A stretch of DNA of 61,328 bases, from assembly GCA_020054695.1 (NCBI GenBank), contig JAHXBT010000014.1, forward strand, positions 1-61,328. The letters run 5' to 3'. Position 1 is the first letter of the stretch, and the number at the start of each line of letters is the position of its first letter. A program made the translations under genes and the position numbers. The notes under the pieces were generated by a model, which worked only from the letters and a program-made list of their open reading frames with translations, did no database searches and was not told where the DNA came from. This stretch comes from Rickettsiales bacterium (GTDB taxonomy: Bacteria; Pseudomonadota; Alphaproteobacteria; Rickettsiales; UBA1997). Positions 53,088 to 61,328 of this stretch are shown one piece after another.

Positions 53088-53889
53088 CTAAAATAAAAAT
53101 TCCATTTTTATTGGCATATTTAACAACCTCTTTCCTATTAATAATAAGGCAAGAACCAGATTCCAAGGCTGCGCCAGAAAAATTATTTTGTACTAAATTT
53201 TTTACTGTCTTTAAACCAAAGGCAGGTAAATCCACTTTTTTACTTTGATTCTTCTTCTTCATTTTAATTAAAACTGGCTTACAACCCCCATCTAGATGAA
53301 TTTTTTTTGATCTTTTAATTAATTCATCAGTACCTTCCAAACCCTCAATTGCTATAATTAATTTTTGTTGAATAATAATAGATTGGCCTAAATCTAAATC
53401 AGAAGTGGTTTTAAGGGCATTTTTGCCAATTTCTATATCTTGAAAATTACCCTTATTAGGCTTAATGTTCCCTAAAACTCCTTTTTCTACTAGTAAATTA
53501 TCAATAATTTCCTCAATTCCAATGATTTTTAAGCCTCTTTTCTCAAAAAAATTAACAATAGTTGATAATAGATTATCATCACCAAATAATTTTTGTTTTA
53601 GAATTTCTGAGGCCAAAAGCATACCCATTTTATCAAACTTTAGTGCAGAAAGTGAAGGCTTTTTAACAGAGCCAACCATAACAATTTTGGTAATTTTATT
53701 TTTCTTAGTAAATTTTAAAAAATGCCCAATATAACCAAAAGGAAATATTTGGTGGGAATAATTTTTTATTTCATCATCGTAATCTTGATCGGCAATTAAA
53801 ACTAATTGAAATTTTTTTCCCTCAGATTGTAATTTTTTAATAGCCATTTTTGGTAGATCACCCTTACCAGCTATAATACATATAGTCAT
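53074..53889 (-). CDS. lpxI: UDP-2,3-diacylglucosamine diphosphatase LpxI (DUF1009)
   Basis: 271 aa. The IIAGKGDLP N-terminus and LpxI-like length. This enzyme replaces LpxH in alphaproteobacteria. Confidence 0.7.
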   Translation of the reverse strand: MTICIIAGKGDLPKMAIKKLQSEGKKFQLVLIADQDYDDEIKNYSHQIFPFGYIGHFLKFTKKNKITKIVMVGSVKKPSLSALKFDKMGMLLASEILKQKLFGDDNLLSTIVNFFEKRGLKIIGIEEIIDNLLVEKGVLGNIKPNKGNFQDIEIGKNALKTTSDLDLGQSIIIQQKLIIAIEGLEGTDELIKRSKKIHLDGGCKPVLIKMKKKNQSKKVDLPAFGLKTVKNLVQNNFSGAALESGSCLIINRKEVVKYANKNGIFILGVEN

Positions 53890-54122
53890 GTTTATTCAAT
53901 AGTTTTATAACCCAAAAAAGTTTCTATACAACTGCAAAGAGGATTATTGGCACTATATTCGATGGTAAAAATTCTTAACTCTAAGAGTAGTTTATGATCG
54001 AACATGTTGTAAAATATCAACATCATTTTCCACACCCTAAAATAAATAGCAATTCTATAAAATTTTTTCTTGATAAATCTCTTGAAAATATTATTATAGG
54101 AAAAAACAATTTAATTTTATAT

Positions 54123-55391
54123 ATGATTAAAGAAGAAAATAAAATTTTTACTAATCTTTTAGGTAATCAATCTCCAGATATAAACTCATCTAAGGCAAGA
54201 GGTGACTGGAAAGATACTGCTAATTTTTTAGAAAAAGGTCCGGAATGGTTAATTGAGCAAGTTAAAGCATCCGGCCTTAGGGGTCGTGGTGGTGCTGGTT
54301 TTGCTACTGGTTTAAAATGGTCTTTTGCACCAAAAAAGGTTGAAAAACCACATTATTTAGTAATTAACGCTGATGAATCTGAACCTGGTACTTGTAAAGA
54401 TCGTGATATTATTAGATATGAACCACATAAATTATTAGAGGGTATAATTTATGGATGTAGAGCTATTAATTCGCATTGTTGCTACATATATATTAGAGGT
54501 GAATATTATAACGAATCAGTTGCTTTGCAAAATGCCATTGATGAAGCTTATGATGCTAAATTAATTGGCAAAGATTCAACCTTGGGGTGGGATGTTGATA
54601 TTCACATTCATCGTGGTGCTGGCGCTTATATTTGTGGCGAAGAAACTGCGCTTCTAGAATCTATTGAAGGAAACAAGGGTCAACCTCGCTTAAAACCTCC
54701 TTTTCCAGCTTTAGTTGGTTTATATGGTTGTCCTACTATTGTTAATAATGTTGAGTCAGTTGCAGTAGTGCCAACAATTTTACGCCGTGGAGCAGGTTGG
54801 TTTGCATCAATTGGCCCAAAAAATAACACAGGAACTAAAATTTTTTGTGTTTCTGGCCATGTGAACAACCCTTGCAATATTGAAGAGGAGATGGGTATAC
54901 CACTTAAAAAACTAATTGATGAATATTGTGGTGGTGTTATTGGTGGTTGGGATAATCTTTTGGCTGTTATTCCAGGTGGTTCTTCAGTACCTTTAATTCC
55001 AAAAGATATTTGTGATAATATTACTCTTGATTTTGATTCATTAAAAGCAGTTGGTTCTGGCCTTGGAACTGCCGGCATTATTGTCATGAATAAATCAACT
55101 GACATTATTGAAGCAATTGCCAGATTATCTCACTTTTATAAGCATGAATCTTGTGGTCAATGTACTCCTTGCCGTGAGGGTACTGGTTGGTTAGAGCGCA
55201 TTATGTATCGTTTTGTTAGAGGTGATGCTAAAGTGGAAGAAATTGATAAATTATATGATTTAACGAAACAAATTGAGGGTCACACAATCTGCGCGCTTGG
55301 AGATGCTGCTGCCTGGCCAATACAGGGCTTAATAAAGCATTTTAGAGGAGAAATTGAAAAAAGAATAAATAATTATCATCTTAATAATTAA
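54123..55391 (+). CDS. nuoF: NADH-quinone oxidoreductase subunit F
   Basis: [20 protein letters not shown] and [10 protein letters not shown] motifs. The start is set at Met44 of the track ORF ([14 protein letters not shown]). No other nuo genes are adjacent. Confidence 0.95.
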   Translation: MIKEENKIFTNLLGNQSPDINSSKARGDWKDTANFLEKGPEWLIEQVKASGLRGRGGAGFATGLKWSFAPKKVEKPHYLVINADESEPGTCKDRDIIRYEPHKLLEGIIYGCRAINSHCCYIYIRGEYYNESVALQNAIDEAYDAKLIGKDSTLGWDVDIHIHRGAGAYICGEETALLESIEGNKGQPRLKPPFPALVGLYGCPTIVNNVESVAVVPTILRRGAGWFASIGPKNNTGTKIFCVSGHVNNPCNIEEEMGIPLKKLIDEYCGGVIGGWDNLLAVIPGGSSVPLIPKDICDNITLDFDSLKAVGSGLGTAGIIVMNKSTDIIEAIARLSHFYKHESCGQCTPCREGTGWLERIMYRFVRGDAKVEEIDKLYDLTKQIEGHTICALGDAAAWPIQGLIKHFRGEIEKRINNYHLNN

Positions 55392-55440
55392 TTTATTAAA
55401 TATTTTGTTAAATGTTAATTATATATAATATTTAAAATTA

Positions 55441-56070
55441 ATGTTTTCATATAAGTTTTTAGCAATTAATCAAATAAGACCAGAAAATATTATTCTTTTA
55501 CATCAAATTCATAGTAATAAGGTTTTAACTTTAGATAAAAATTCTAAAATACCTAAAAATGATGAAGTTAAAGCAGATGCCATTGTAACCAATCAAAAAA
55601 ATCTAATTATTGGGGTTAAAACAGCAGATTGTGTACCAGTTTTGTTGTTTTCAGAAGATGAAGGGGGTATTATTGCAGCCATTCATGCTGGTTGGCGTGG
55701 TGCTAAATCTGGTATTATTCAAAATAGCTTAGCTAAAATGCAAAAATTAGGTGCCAAAGCAGAAAATATTCAAACTTTTATTGGGCCCTGTATTAGGCAA
55801 GAATCTTATCAAATTTCACAAGAATTTTATGATGATTTTATTTCTGAAGATAAAAAATTCCAAAAATTTTTTAAAAAAGATCCATTAAAAATAGATTACT
55901 TTTTTTTTGATTTACCATATTTTATCAAAGAAAAGTTAAAAATAGCAGGAATTACAAAAATAAAGGATGAATTAATTGACACCTACCTTAAAAAAGGTTA
56001 CTTTAGTTATAGAGCCTTTTTTCATGGCAAAAAAAACAATGGTAGAAATATTTCATATATAAAGATATAA
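55441..56070 (+). CDS. pgeF: PgeF/YfiH laccase-domain protein (purine nucleoside phosphorylase family), N-terminally short
   Basis: 209 aa. HQIHSNKV, TADCVPVL and AIHAGWRG are all present. About 40-45 residues shorter at the N-terminus than E. coli YfiH as I remember it. Confidence 0.8.
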   Translation: MFSYKFLAINQIRPENIILLHQIHSNKVLTLDKNSKIPKNDEVKADAIVTNQKNLIIGVKTADCVPVLLFSEDEGGIIAAIHAGWRGAKSGIIQNSLAKMQKLGAKAENIQTFIGPCIRQESYQISQEFYDDFISEDKKFQKFFKKDPLKIDYFFFDLPYFIKEKLKIAGITKIKDELIDTYLKKGYFSYRAFFHGKKNNGRNISYIKI

Positions 56071-56888
56071 TGAAAAGTGAATTAGATTTTTTTCTTGATG
56101 AGTTTAAATATATAGATATAAATTCTTTTATAGGTACTCTAAAACTAGATAAGAATAAAGAACAACATATAGGAAGGTTGACTCAATTTATTGCTGATAA
56201 AATTGACAATATTATTCTTACAAAAAACTATCATTTATTGGAAAAATTTACTAATATTATATTAGGTGACGAACTTAATCAAAGTCCTACAGAATCAACG
56301 TCAGAAAAAATAACACATTTAGTTGCAAAAGCAGCATATAACTATTTCTATGATAATCAAGAATTTAAAGACCTTGTTAATGAATATATTAACTCAGATA
56401 GTGAAGATAATTGTGAACCTGACAACGGGTGTATTGATAAAATATTTGAATATTTAAAAATATTTACTAATAAATTAATAGATCATCTAGGGGAATTTAA
56501 TAAAAAAAAATTGACTATTAAAGTGATAGATGGTTCATGTACTATAAATAATTACAATTTAGACGATATTAAAAAAATTCAGGATATAAGTGAAAAATTA
56601 GATATATTATTTGAAAAAAAACAGAACCTACCAGGAGATCAAGAAAAGATATTTATGAATCAAATAATTGAGTTTTTTAATATAAATAAAGATAATTTAG
56701 AATATATTGAAAATTACGTTACAAAAGATTTTGCATTTAAAAGTCATTTATTAAATTTAAGAGATATGGATAAAGCGGGAGTTGATATAAACACAAAATC
56801 ACCACTACCAGATTCACCAGGAGGTCGCGGTCCAAATGCACATAATATATCTCGCCTTAGTATACAAACAACAACTTTATCGTTATGA
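56070..56888 (+). CDS. Hypothetical protein with a C-terminal PLPDSPGGRGPN motif
   Basis: 272-aa ORF in AT-rich DNA. 1-nt overlap with pgeF and 4-nt overlap with the downstream ligase gene. No family recognised. Confidence 0.6.
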   Translation: MKSELDFFLDEFKYIDINSFIGTLKLDKNKEQHIGRLTQFIADKIDNIILTKNYHLLEKFTNIILGDELNQSPTESTSEKITHLVAKAAYNYFYDNQEFKDLVNEYINSDSEDNCEPDNGCIDKIFEYLKIFTNKLIDHLGEFNKKKLTIKVIDGSCTINNYNLDDIKKIQDISEKLDILFEKKQNLPGDQEKIFMNQIIEFFNINKDNLEYIENYVTKDFAFKSHLLNLRDMDKAGVDINTKSPLPDSPGGRGPNAHNISRLSIQTTTLSL

Positions 56889-58120
56889 ATAATATCTATC
56901 AAATTCTTTTGGATAAAATATTTCGTAAACAATCTCAAATTTCTGATTGGTTTTTTGATAAATCATCTAATGTTAATTTACATTTTTATAATTCAGTAGA
57001 TATTCGTCATTTTGGCCACAAGATTGCTCCAGTGGATAATAATTGCTTCCCTGCTGGCTTTAATCATTTATCAGATGAATCTAAAAAAATCGCTAGCCAA
57101 AAAGCTAAAGAATATTTAAATCATAATTTTCCAAAAATTCAAAAAATTCTAATTTTAGCTGAATCGCATACTAAAAATTTAAAATATTTAGAAAATGTTT
57201 TATCTATACAAAATATTATCCAAAATGCTGGTTATGAGGTGCAAATTGCCAATTTAAATATTGAAATTGCTGATATTTTAGAAATTGATCTTGAAGACAA
57301 TAAAAAAATTAAAATTAACAAAATTATCCGTAAAAATGATCGAATTACAACTTTAAATGGTTTTGATCCTGATTTAATTATCTCCAATAATGATTTTACT
57401 GATGGTGTTAATGATATATTAAAAAATATAGAACAAAAAATAATTCCTAGCCCATATTTTGGATGGTTTGCCCGATCTAAAGCCGAGCATTTTGAGCAAT
57501 ATAATCTTTTAGCGAAGGAGTTTGCTAATTTGATTGATATTGACCCTTGGTTAATTTCTACCAAATTTGATGTTGCAACAGGACTCAATTTTAAACAGCA
57601 AATCGGTATTGATGATTTAGTTATTAAAACAGCTAATATTTTAAAGGAGCTACAAGAAAAATATCAGCAATATCAAATAAATTCTGATCCTTACTGCTTT
57701 ATTAAGGCCGATAATGGTACTTATGGTATGGCAATTATGAATGTTTCTTCGGCTGATGAATTGGTGGCACTAAATAAAAAAAACCGCAATAAGATGAATA
57801 TGCTTAAGGGTAATATACAAAATCATAAAGTTATTATTCAAGAAGGAGTTCCAACAATTGATAGGATTAAAGGATTTAATGCAGAGCCAATGATATATAT
57901 GATTAATGGGCAAATTATTGGTAATTTATTTCGTTACAATGAGTCCAGGGATGAAAGAAATAATTTAAATTCTGGCACTATGCAATTTAGCGATTTAAAT
58001 ATTTTGAATAATTCTGATATTGAAGTTGGTGCTGCAAGGCAAGATACTATAAAAATTTATGAAATAATTGCTAAAATTTCTGCAATTGCTTCTGCCATGG
58101 AAAAATATTTAAGAAATTAA
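56885..58120 (+). CDS. gshA: Glutamate--cysteine ligase, GshA 'ferrooxidans-type' family
   Basis: 411 aa. YNSVDIRHFGHKIAPVDNNCFPAGFNHL and CFIKADNGTYGMAIMNV match my recollection of that family (Pfam GshA / TIGR02049). Not verified by search. Confidence 0.55.
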   Translation: MNNIYQILLDKIFRKQSQISDWFFDKSSNVNLHFYNSVDIRHFGHKIAPVDNNCFPAGFNHLSDESKKIASQKAKEYLNHNFPKIQKILILAESHTKNLKYLENVLSIQNIIQNAGYEVQIANLNIEIADILEIDLEDNKKIKINKIIRKNDRITTLNGFDPDLIISNNDFTDGVNDILKNIEQKIIPSPYFGWFARSKAEHFEQYNLLAKEFANLIDIDPWLISTKFDVATGLNFKQQIGIDDLVIKTANILKELQEKYQQYQINSDPYCFIKADNGTYGMAIMNVSSADELVALNKKNRNKMNMLKGNIQNHKVIIQEGVPTIDRIKGFNAEPMIYMINGQIIGNLFRYNESRDERNNLNSGTMQFSDLNILNNSDIEVGAARQDTIKIYEIIAKISAIASAMEKYLRN

Positions 58121-58144
58121 TAAAATTTGTTTAACATAAAAACT

Positions 58145-59011
58145 ATGAAAATTATATTTCCAATGTTGATCTTTTCTGTTGGCAGTGCAGTTAGTTTGAA
58201 TGAGCAAGAGCACAGAGAAAGTATATTACATCAGATTAAAGAAGCGTGTAAAGAAGAAAAACAATATATTAACCTTCTTGCTAAACAACTTATGGAGGAA
58301 AATTCTTGGACACGTCATAGGGCAAAGGCGGAAGTTACAGAAGCTAGTATGTGTTATTGGCTTCCAAAGATAAAGATTGCTATGACGGGAAGTACTGTCG
58401 CAGCGCAAACAGGAAAGTTAGAAAAATTAGAAGTATTATTTCCACAAATTCAAAGTTTATTTCAGTTTGTGTCGTTACCTGATGCTCCTGAATTTTGCTT
58501 GATGTCAACAGGTGAAGATGTTGAAAAAGTTAAATTAGTAGGTAGCTTCCAGGATGGTTTTGATGCTGGAAAAACATTGGGAAAGCATGAAGTTCCAACA
58601 TTAGATATGTATTTATATAGTATAAAACAGGGGGTAGATTTAATGACATCTGGTGACTTTTCTGTAATACCAAAAGAAGCTGTAAAAGAAGTAATAGATA
58701 ATCTTCCGTTAGATAATAAACAAAAAACAACACTATTAGCTAATTTAAATGCTGTAGAAACAATAGTAGTTTCTAAAAGTGAGAGTGGAGATCTTACTGC
58801 AATATCTAAAGATGATTTTAGTGAAAAACTTACTCATTTTATTAATGCTATAAAAATAACAGATTCTAATAGACGAGTTGGTCCTGAAGGTTCAGTTTAT
58901 GTTAAAATTCCTATAAAATATCCTTTGCAACAATTGTTAGAATTTCCTAGAAATCAAGTTAAAGATGCTGAATCTAGTACACCATATCATCATCCACCCC
59001 CTGAAAGGTAG
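58145..59011 (+). CDS. Hypothetical secreted protein
   Basis: Signal-peptide-like MKIIFPMLIFSVGSAVS. Higher G+C and less N/K/I-biased than its neighbours. Its 3' end overlaps the trpE 3' end by 38 nt. Confidence 0.55.
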   Translation: MKIIFPMLIFSVGSAVSLNEQEHRESILHQIKEACKEEKQYINLLAKQLMEENSWTRHRAKAEVTEASMCYWLPKIKIAMTGSTVAAQTGKLEKLEVLFPQIQSLFQFVSLPDAPEFCLMSTGEDVEKVKLVGSFQDGFDAGKTLGKHEVPTLDMYLYSIKQGVDLMTSGDFSVIPKEAVKEVIDNLPLDNKQKTTLLANLNAVETIVVSKSESGDLTAISKDDFSEKLTHFINAIKITDSNRRVGPEGSVYVKIPIKYPLQQLLEFPRNQVKDAESSTPYHHPPPER

Positions 59012-60482
59012 ATCTTTTTTTCAAAGCGCGCATTAAAGCAGCAGTTTTATTTAAGCATTCTTGATGTTCAGATTCTGGAATGGAATCGTAGACAATGCCA
59101 GCACCAGCATGAAGATAAATTTTATTATTTTTTACTAGTGATGTTCTAAGGCAAATACAATGCTCCATATCGCCATTAGCTGAAAAATAACCAACTGATC
59201 CTGCATAAAATCCCCTTTTTTCCTCTTCAATTTCTTCGATAATTTGCATAGCACGAATTTTAGGTGCGCCGCTAACGGTGCCAGCAGGAAAAGAGCTAAT
59301 CAAAACATCTAAACCATCTTTTTCTGGAAGTATTTTGCCTTCAACATTAGAACTAATATGCATGACATGAGAGTAATATTCAATCACCATTTGTTCAGTC
59401 ACTTTTACAGATTGATCTTGACAAATTTTGCCTACATCATTACGACCTAAGTCAATAAGCATTAAATGTTCTGCTATTTCTTTTTTATCTGATAATAATT
59501 CTTTGGCATTTTTAGCGTCCTCTTTTTTGTTTATACCTCTTTTTCTAGTTCCTGCTAATGGCCTGATAGTAACTTTTCCATTCTTTAAGGAGCTTAATAT
59601 TTCTGGACTTGAGCCAATTATGTTAAAATCATCAAAATTAACAAAAAACATAAAGGGGGAGGGGTTAACAGACCGTAATGAGCGGTAGAAATCAAAGGAT
59701 TTTTTTTGATCAAAGTCACTAGAAAATCTTTGAGAAATTAAAATTTGCAAAGCATCACCAGCAGTAATATAATCTTTAGCCTTTTGTACCATATTTTGGT
59801 ATTTCTCTGCTGATAAATGATGTTTAAATTCAATTTTCTGATCACCTAAATTAATATCAGATCCTGCAAAAGGTGAGTTAATAATTTTAATAATATCATT
59901 AATGTTTTCTTGAGCTTTTTGGTATAGACTTTCTGCATCTTGTCCATTTTTTAGAAAAACAGGTGAGGTTATGTAAATTACATCAAATAATGAATCAAAA
60001 ATCACCAAAATTTGTGGTCTAATGAATATAGAATCAGGAATATTTATTTCATCTTTTTGATTATTGTTACCTATATTTTCCATTAATTTGATCATATCAT
60101 AAGACATATAACCAAAAAGACCAGATTCTACTGGTAAATTGGATTCAATATCCTTAATTTTACAAGAATTAATCAATTTTTTAAGATTTTGTAGAGGATG
60201 TTCATTAATTTTAGTAAAATCATTTTGATTCTCTTCAAAGTTATCATTAAAATAGGCGTTATTATCCTTAATTTTCCACATTAAATCGGGTTTTAGACCA
60301 ATTATTGAAAATCGAGCCTTATTTTTACCCTTTTCAACTGATTCATAAAGAAAATTATTTTTAGGAAAATACTCTTTTAATTTTAAAAAAGTTAAAACAG
60401 GAGTAGTAAGATCTGCTGAGATCTTGACCTTTAAAATTATTGCCCCCTTTTTATTCAAATTATTAATTATTTTTTCTTTCAT
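58974..60482 (-). CDS. trpE: Anthranilate synthase component I
   Basis: 502 aa. Chorismate-binding domain (LAGTRKRG, GGAPKIRAMQIIEE, GFYAGSVGYF). The last roughly 13 codons lie in the shared G-rich segment. Confidence 0.9.
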   Translation of the reverse strand: MKEKIINNLNKKGAIILKVKISADLTTPVLTFLKLKEYFPKNNFLYESVEKGKNKARFSIIGLKPDLMWKIKDNNAYFNDNFEENQNDFTKINEHPLQNLKKLINSCKIKDIESNLPVESGLFGYMSYDMIKLMENIGNNNQKDEINIPDSIFIRPQILVIFDSLFDVIYITSPVFLKNGQDAESLYQKAQENINDIIKIINSPFAGSDINLGDQKIEFKHHLSAEKYQNMVQKAKDYITAGDALQILISQRFSSDFDQKKSFDFYRSLRSVNPSPFMFFVNFDDFNIIGSSPEILSSLKNGKVTIRPLAGTRKRGINKKEDAKNAKELLSDKKEIAEHLMLIDLGRNDVGKICQDQSVKVTEQMVIEYYSHVMHISSNVEGKILPEKDGLDVLISSFPAGTVSGAPKIRAMQIIEEIEEEKRGFYAGSVGYFSANGDMEHCICLRTSLVKNNKIYLHAGAGIVYDSIPESEHQECLNKTAALMRALKKRSTFQGVDDDMVY

Positions 60483-60643
60483 AGATTTATCGTAAGTTTA
60501 ATTTTAGAATCTTTCAAGAAAATATTTGGTATAGAGATTTTATATTAAAATAATGTCTTCTATCTTACCTTCAGTTACTTCTGATATGGCTACAATATTT
60601 TGGACAGTTAAGATTTGTATTTTAACAATAAACAATCAAAATA

Positions 60644-61328
60644 ATGTCCAAACAACAAAACAATAGTTATTCTGCGGAATTTAAAGTTTTATCTATAAAA
60701 TTAGCATTAGAATCAAATCAGCCAATAGTGCAAACCGCCAGGGATCTAGGTATTAAAGTTAACACCCTGCATACTTGGGTTAATAACCAATTAAATTCTA
60801 AAGAATTAAATAATATGACAAAAAATAGTGAATATTACAATTGGTTAAATCGTCCGATTAGCAATAGGGATAAAGAAAACAGGAAATTAACACAAATGAT
60901 TAAAGAAATATTTATGGTACTCGCATAATTGCCAAAATATTAGCAAAAAATAATATCTTTATTAGCCGCAATAGAATTGGTAAATTAATGGCTGCAGCTA
61001 ACCTTCAATGTAAAACCAAGCGTAAATATTAAGGTTATAACTGATTCAAAGCATAATAAGCCAATTTCAACTAATTTACTAAACAGGCAATTTGATGTTA
61101 CTCAACCTGATAAATATTAGGTAGGAGATATAATCTATATTCCCACAAGGAAAGGTTGTTTATATTTAGCAACTTGTAATTGATCTTTATTCAAGACAGG
61201 CTGTTGGTTGGTCTATGGCTGATAATATGAGAGCAGAACTTGTCAATAATGCTTTAATAATGGTATTATTTAAAAGAAAACCAGAAAAAGGATTGATTTG
61301 GCATACTGATAGAGTAAGTCAATATGAA
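60644..61328 (+). mobile_element. Degraded IS3-family insertion sequence (transposase pseudogene), running off the window end
   Basis: The OrfA HTH (SAEFKVLSIKLALESNQPIVQTARDLGIKVNTLHTW) is fused to the OrfB N-terminus. The rest of OrfB (YGTRIIAKIL..., KVITDSKHN..., DKY*VGDIIYIPT..., VIDLYSRQAVGWSM..., IWHTDRVSQYE) is spread over three frames with internal stops. Confidence 0.8.

Noticed and set aside
53994-54122. N-terminal 43-codon extension of nuoF given by the track.
   Set aside because: The NuoF alignment begins at [14 protein letters not shown]. The extension has no counterpart in NuoF and looks like intergenic DNA that happens to be open.

Overview
This is a 61.3 kb, very AT-rich chromosomal segment, roughly 30% G+C by eye, with alphaproteobacterial housekeeping content. 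About 55 protein genes are recognisable (lepA, hflKC, degP, trpB, glpX, secB, mraY, atpDC, recN, dnaB, ribDE, thrC, trxB, nuoF, trpE and others). There is also a 23S-5S rRNA pair with no adjacent 16S, and a stand-alone tRNA-Ile(GAU). Split rRNA genes, a solo nuoF, atpDC detached from atpHAG and several gene lesions suggest a Rickettsiales-like, host-restricted lineage; this is an inference, not an identification. The lesions are a frameshifted degP, a ctpA with an in-frame TAA, an 84-aa atpC, an N-terminally short pgeF and a multiply disrupted IS3-family transposase. No canonical defence island, CRISPR array, prophage or secretion operon was seen. The most unusual items are listed below.
- Two AT-rich intervening sequences sit in 23S helices 25 and 45, and long leader/spacer complementarities bracket the 23S.
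- A partial ORF ends in a perfect 66-bp tandem duplication that encodes a PDSP/RGG proline-rich module. A related motif occurs in a second hypothetical protein, and a G-rich 17-mer from the same ORF recurs at the trpE 3' end.
- pgeF, a 272-aa hypothetical and a gshA-family ligase are translationally coupled, and a secreted 288-aa protein follows immediately downstream.
- An untracked 55-aa lipoprotein with a VirB7-like PVN motif lies next to the tRNA.

Coordinates of RNA features and motifs were read by eye and may be off by 1-2 nt.
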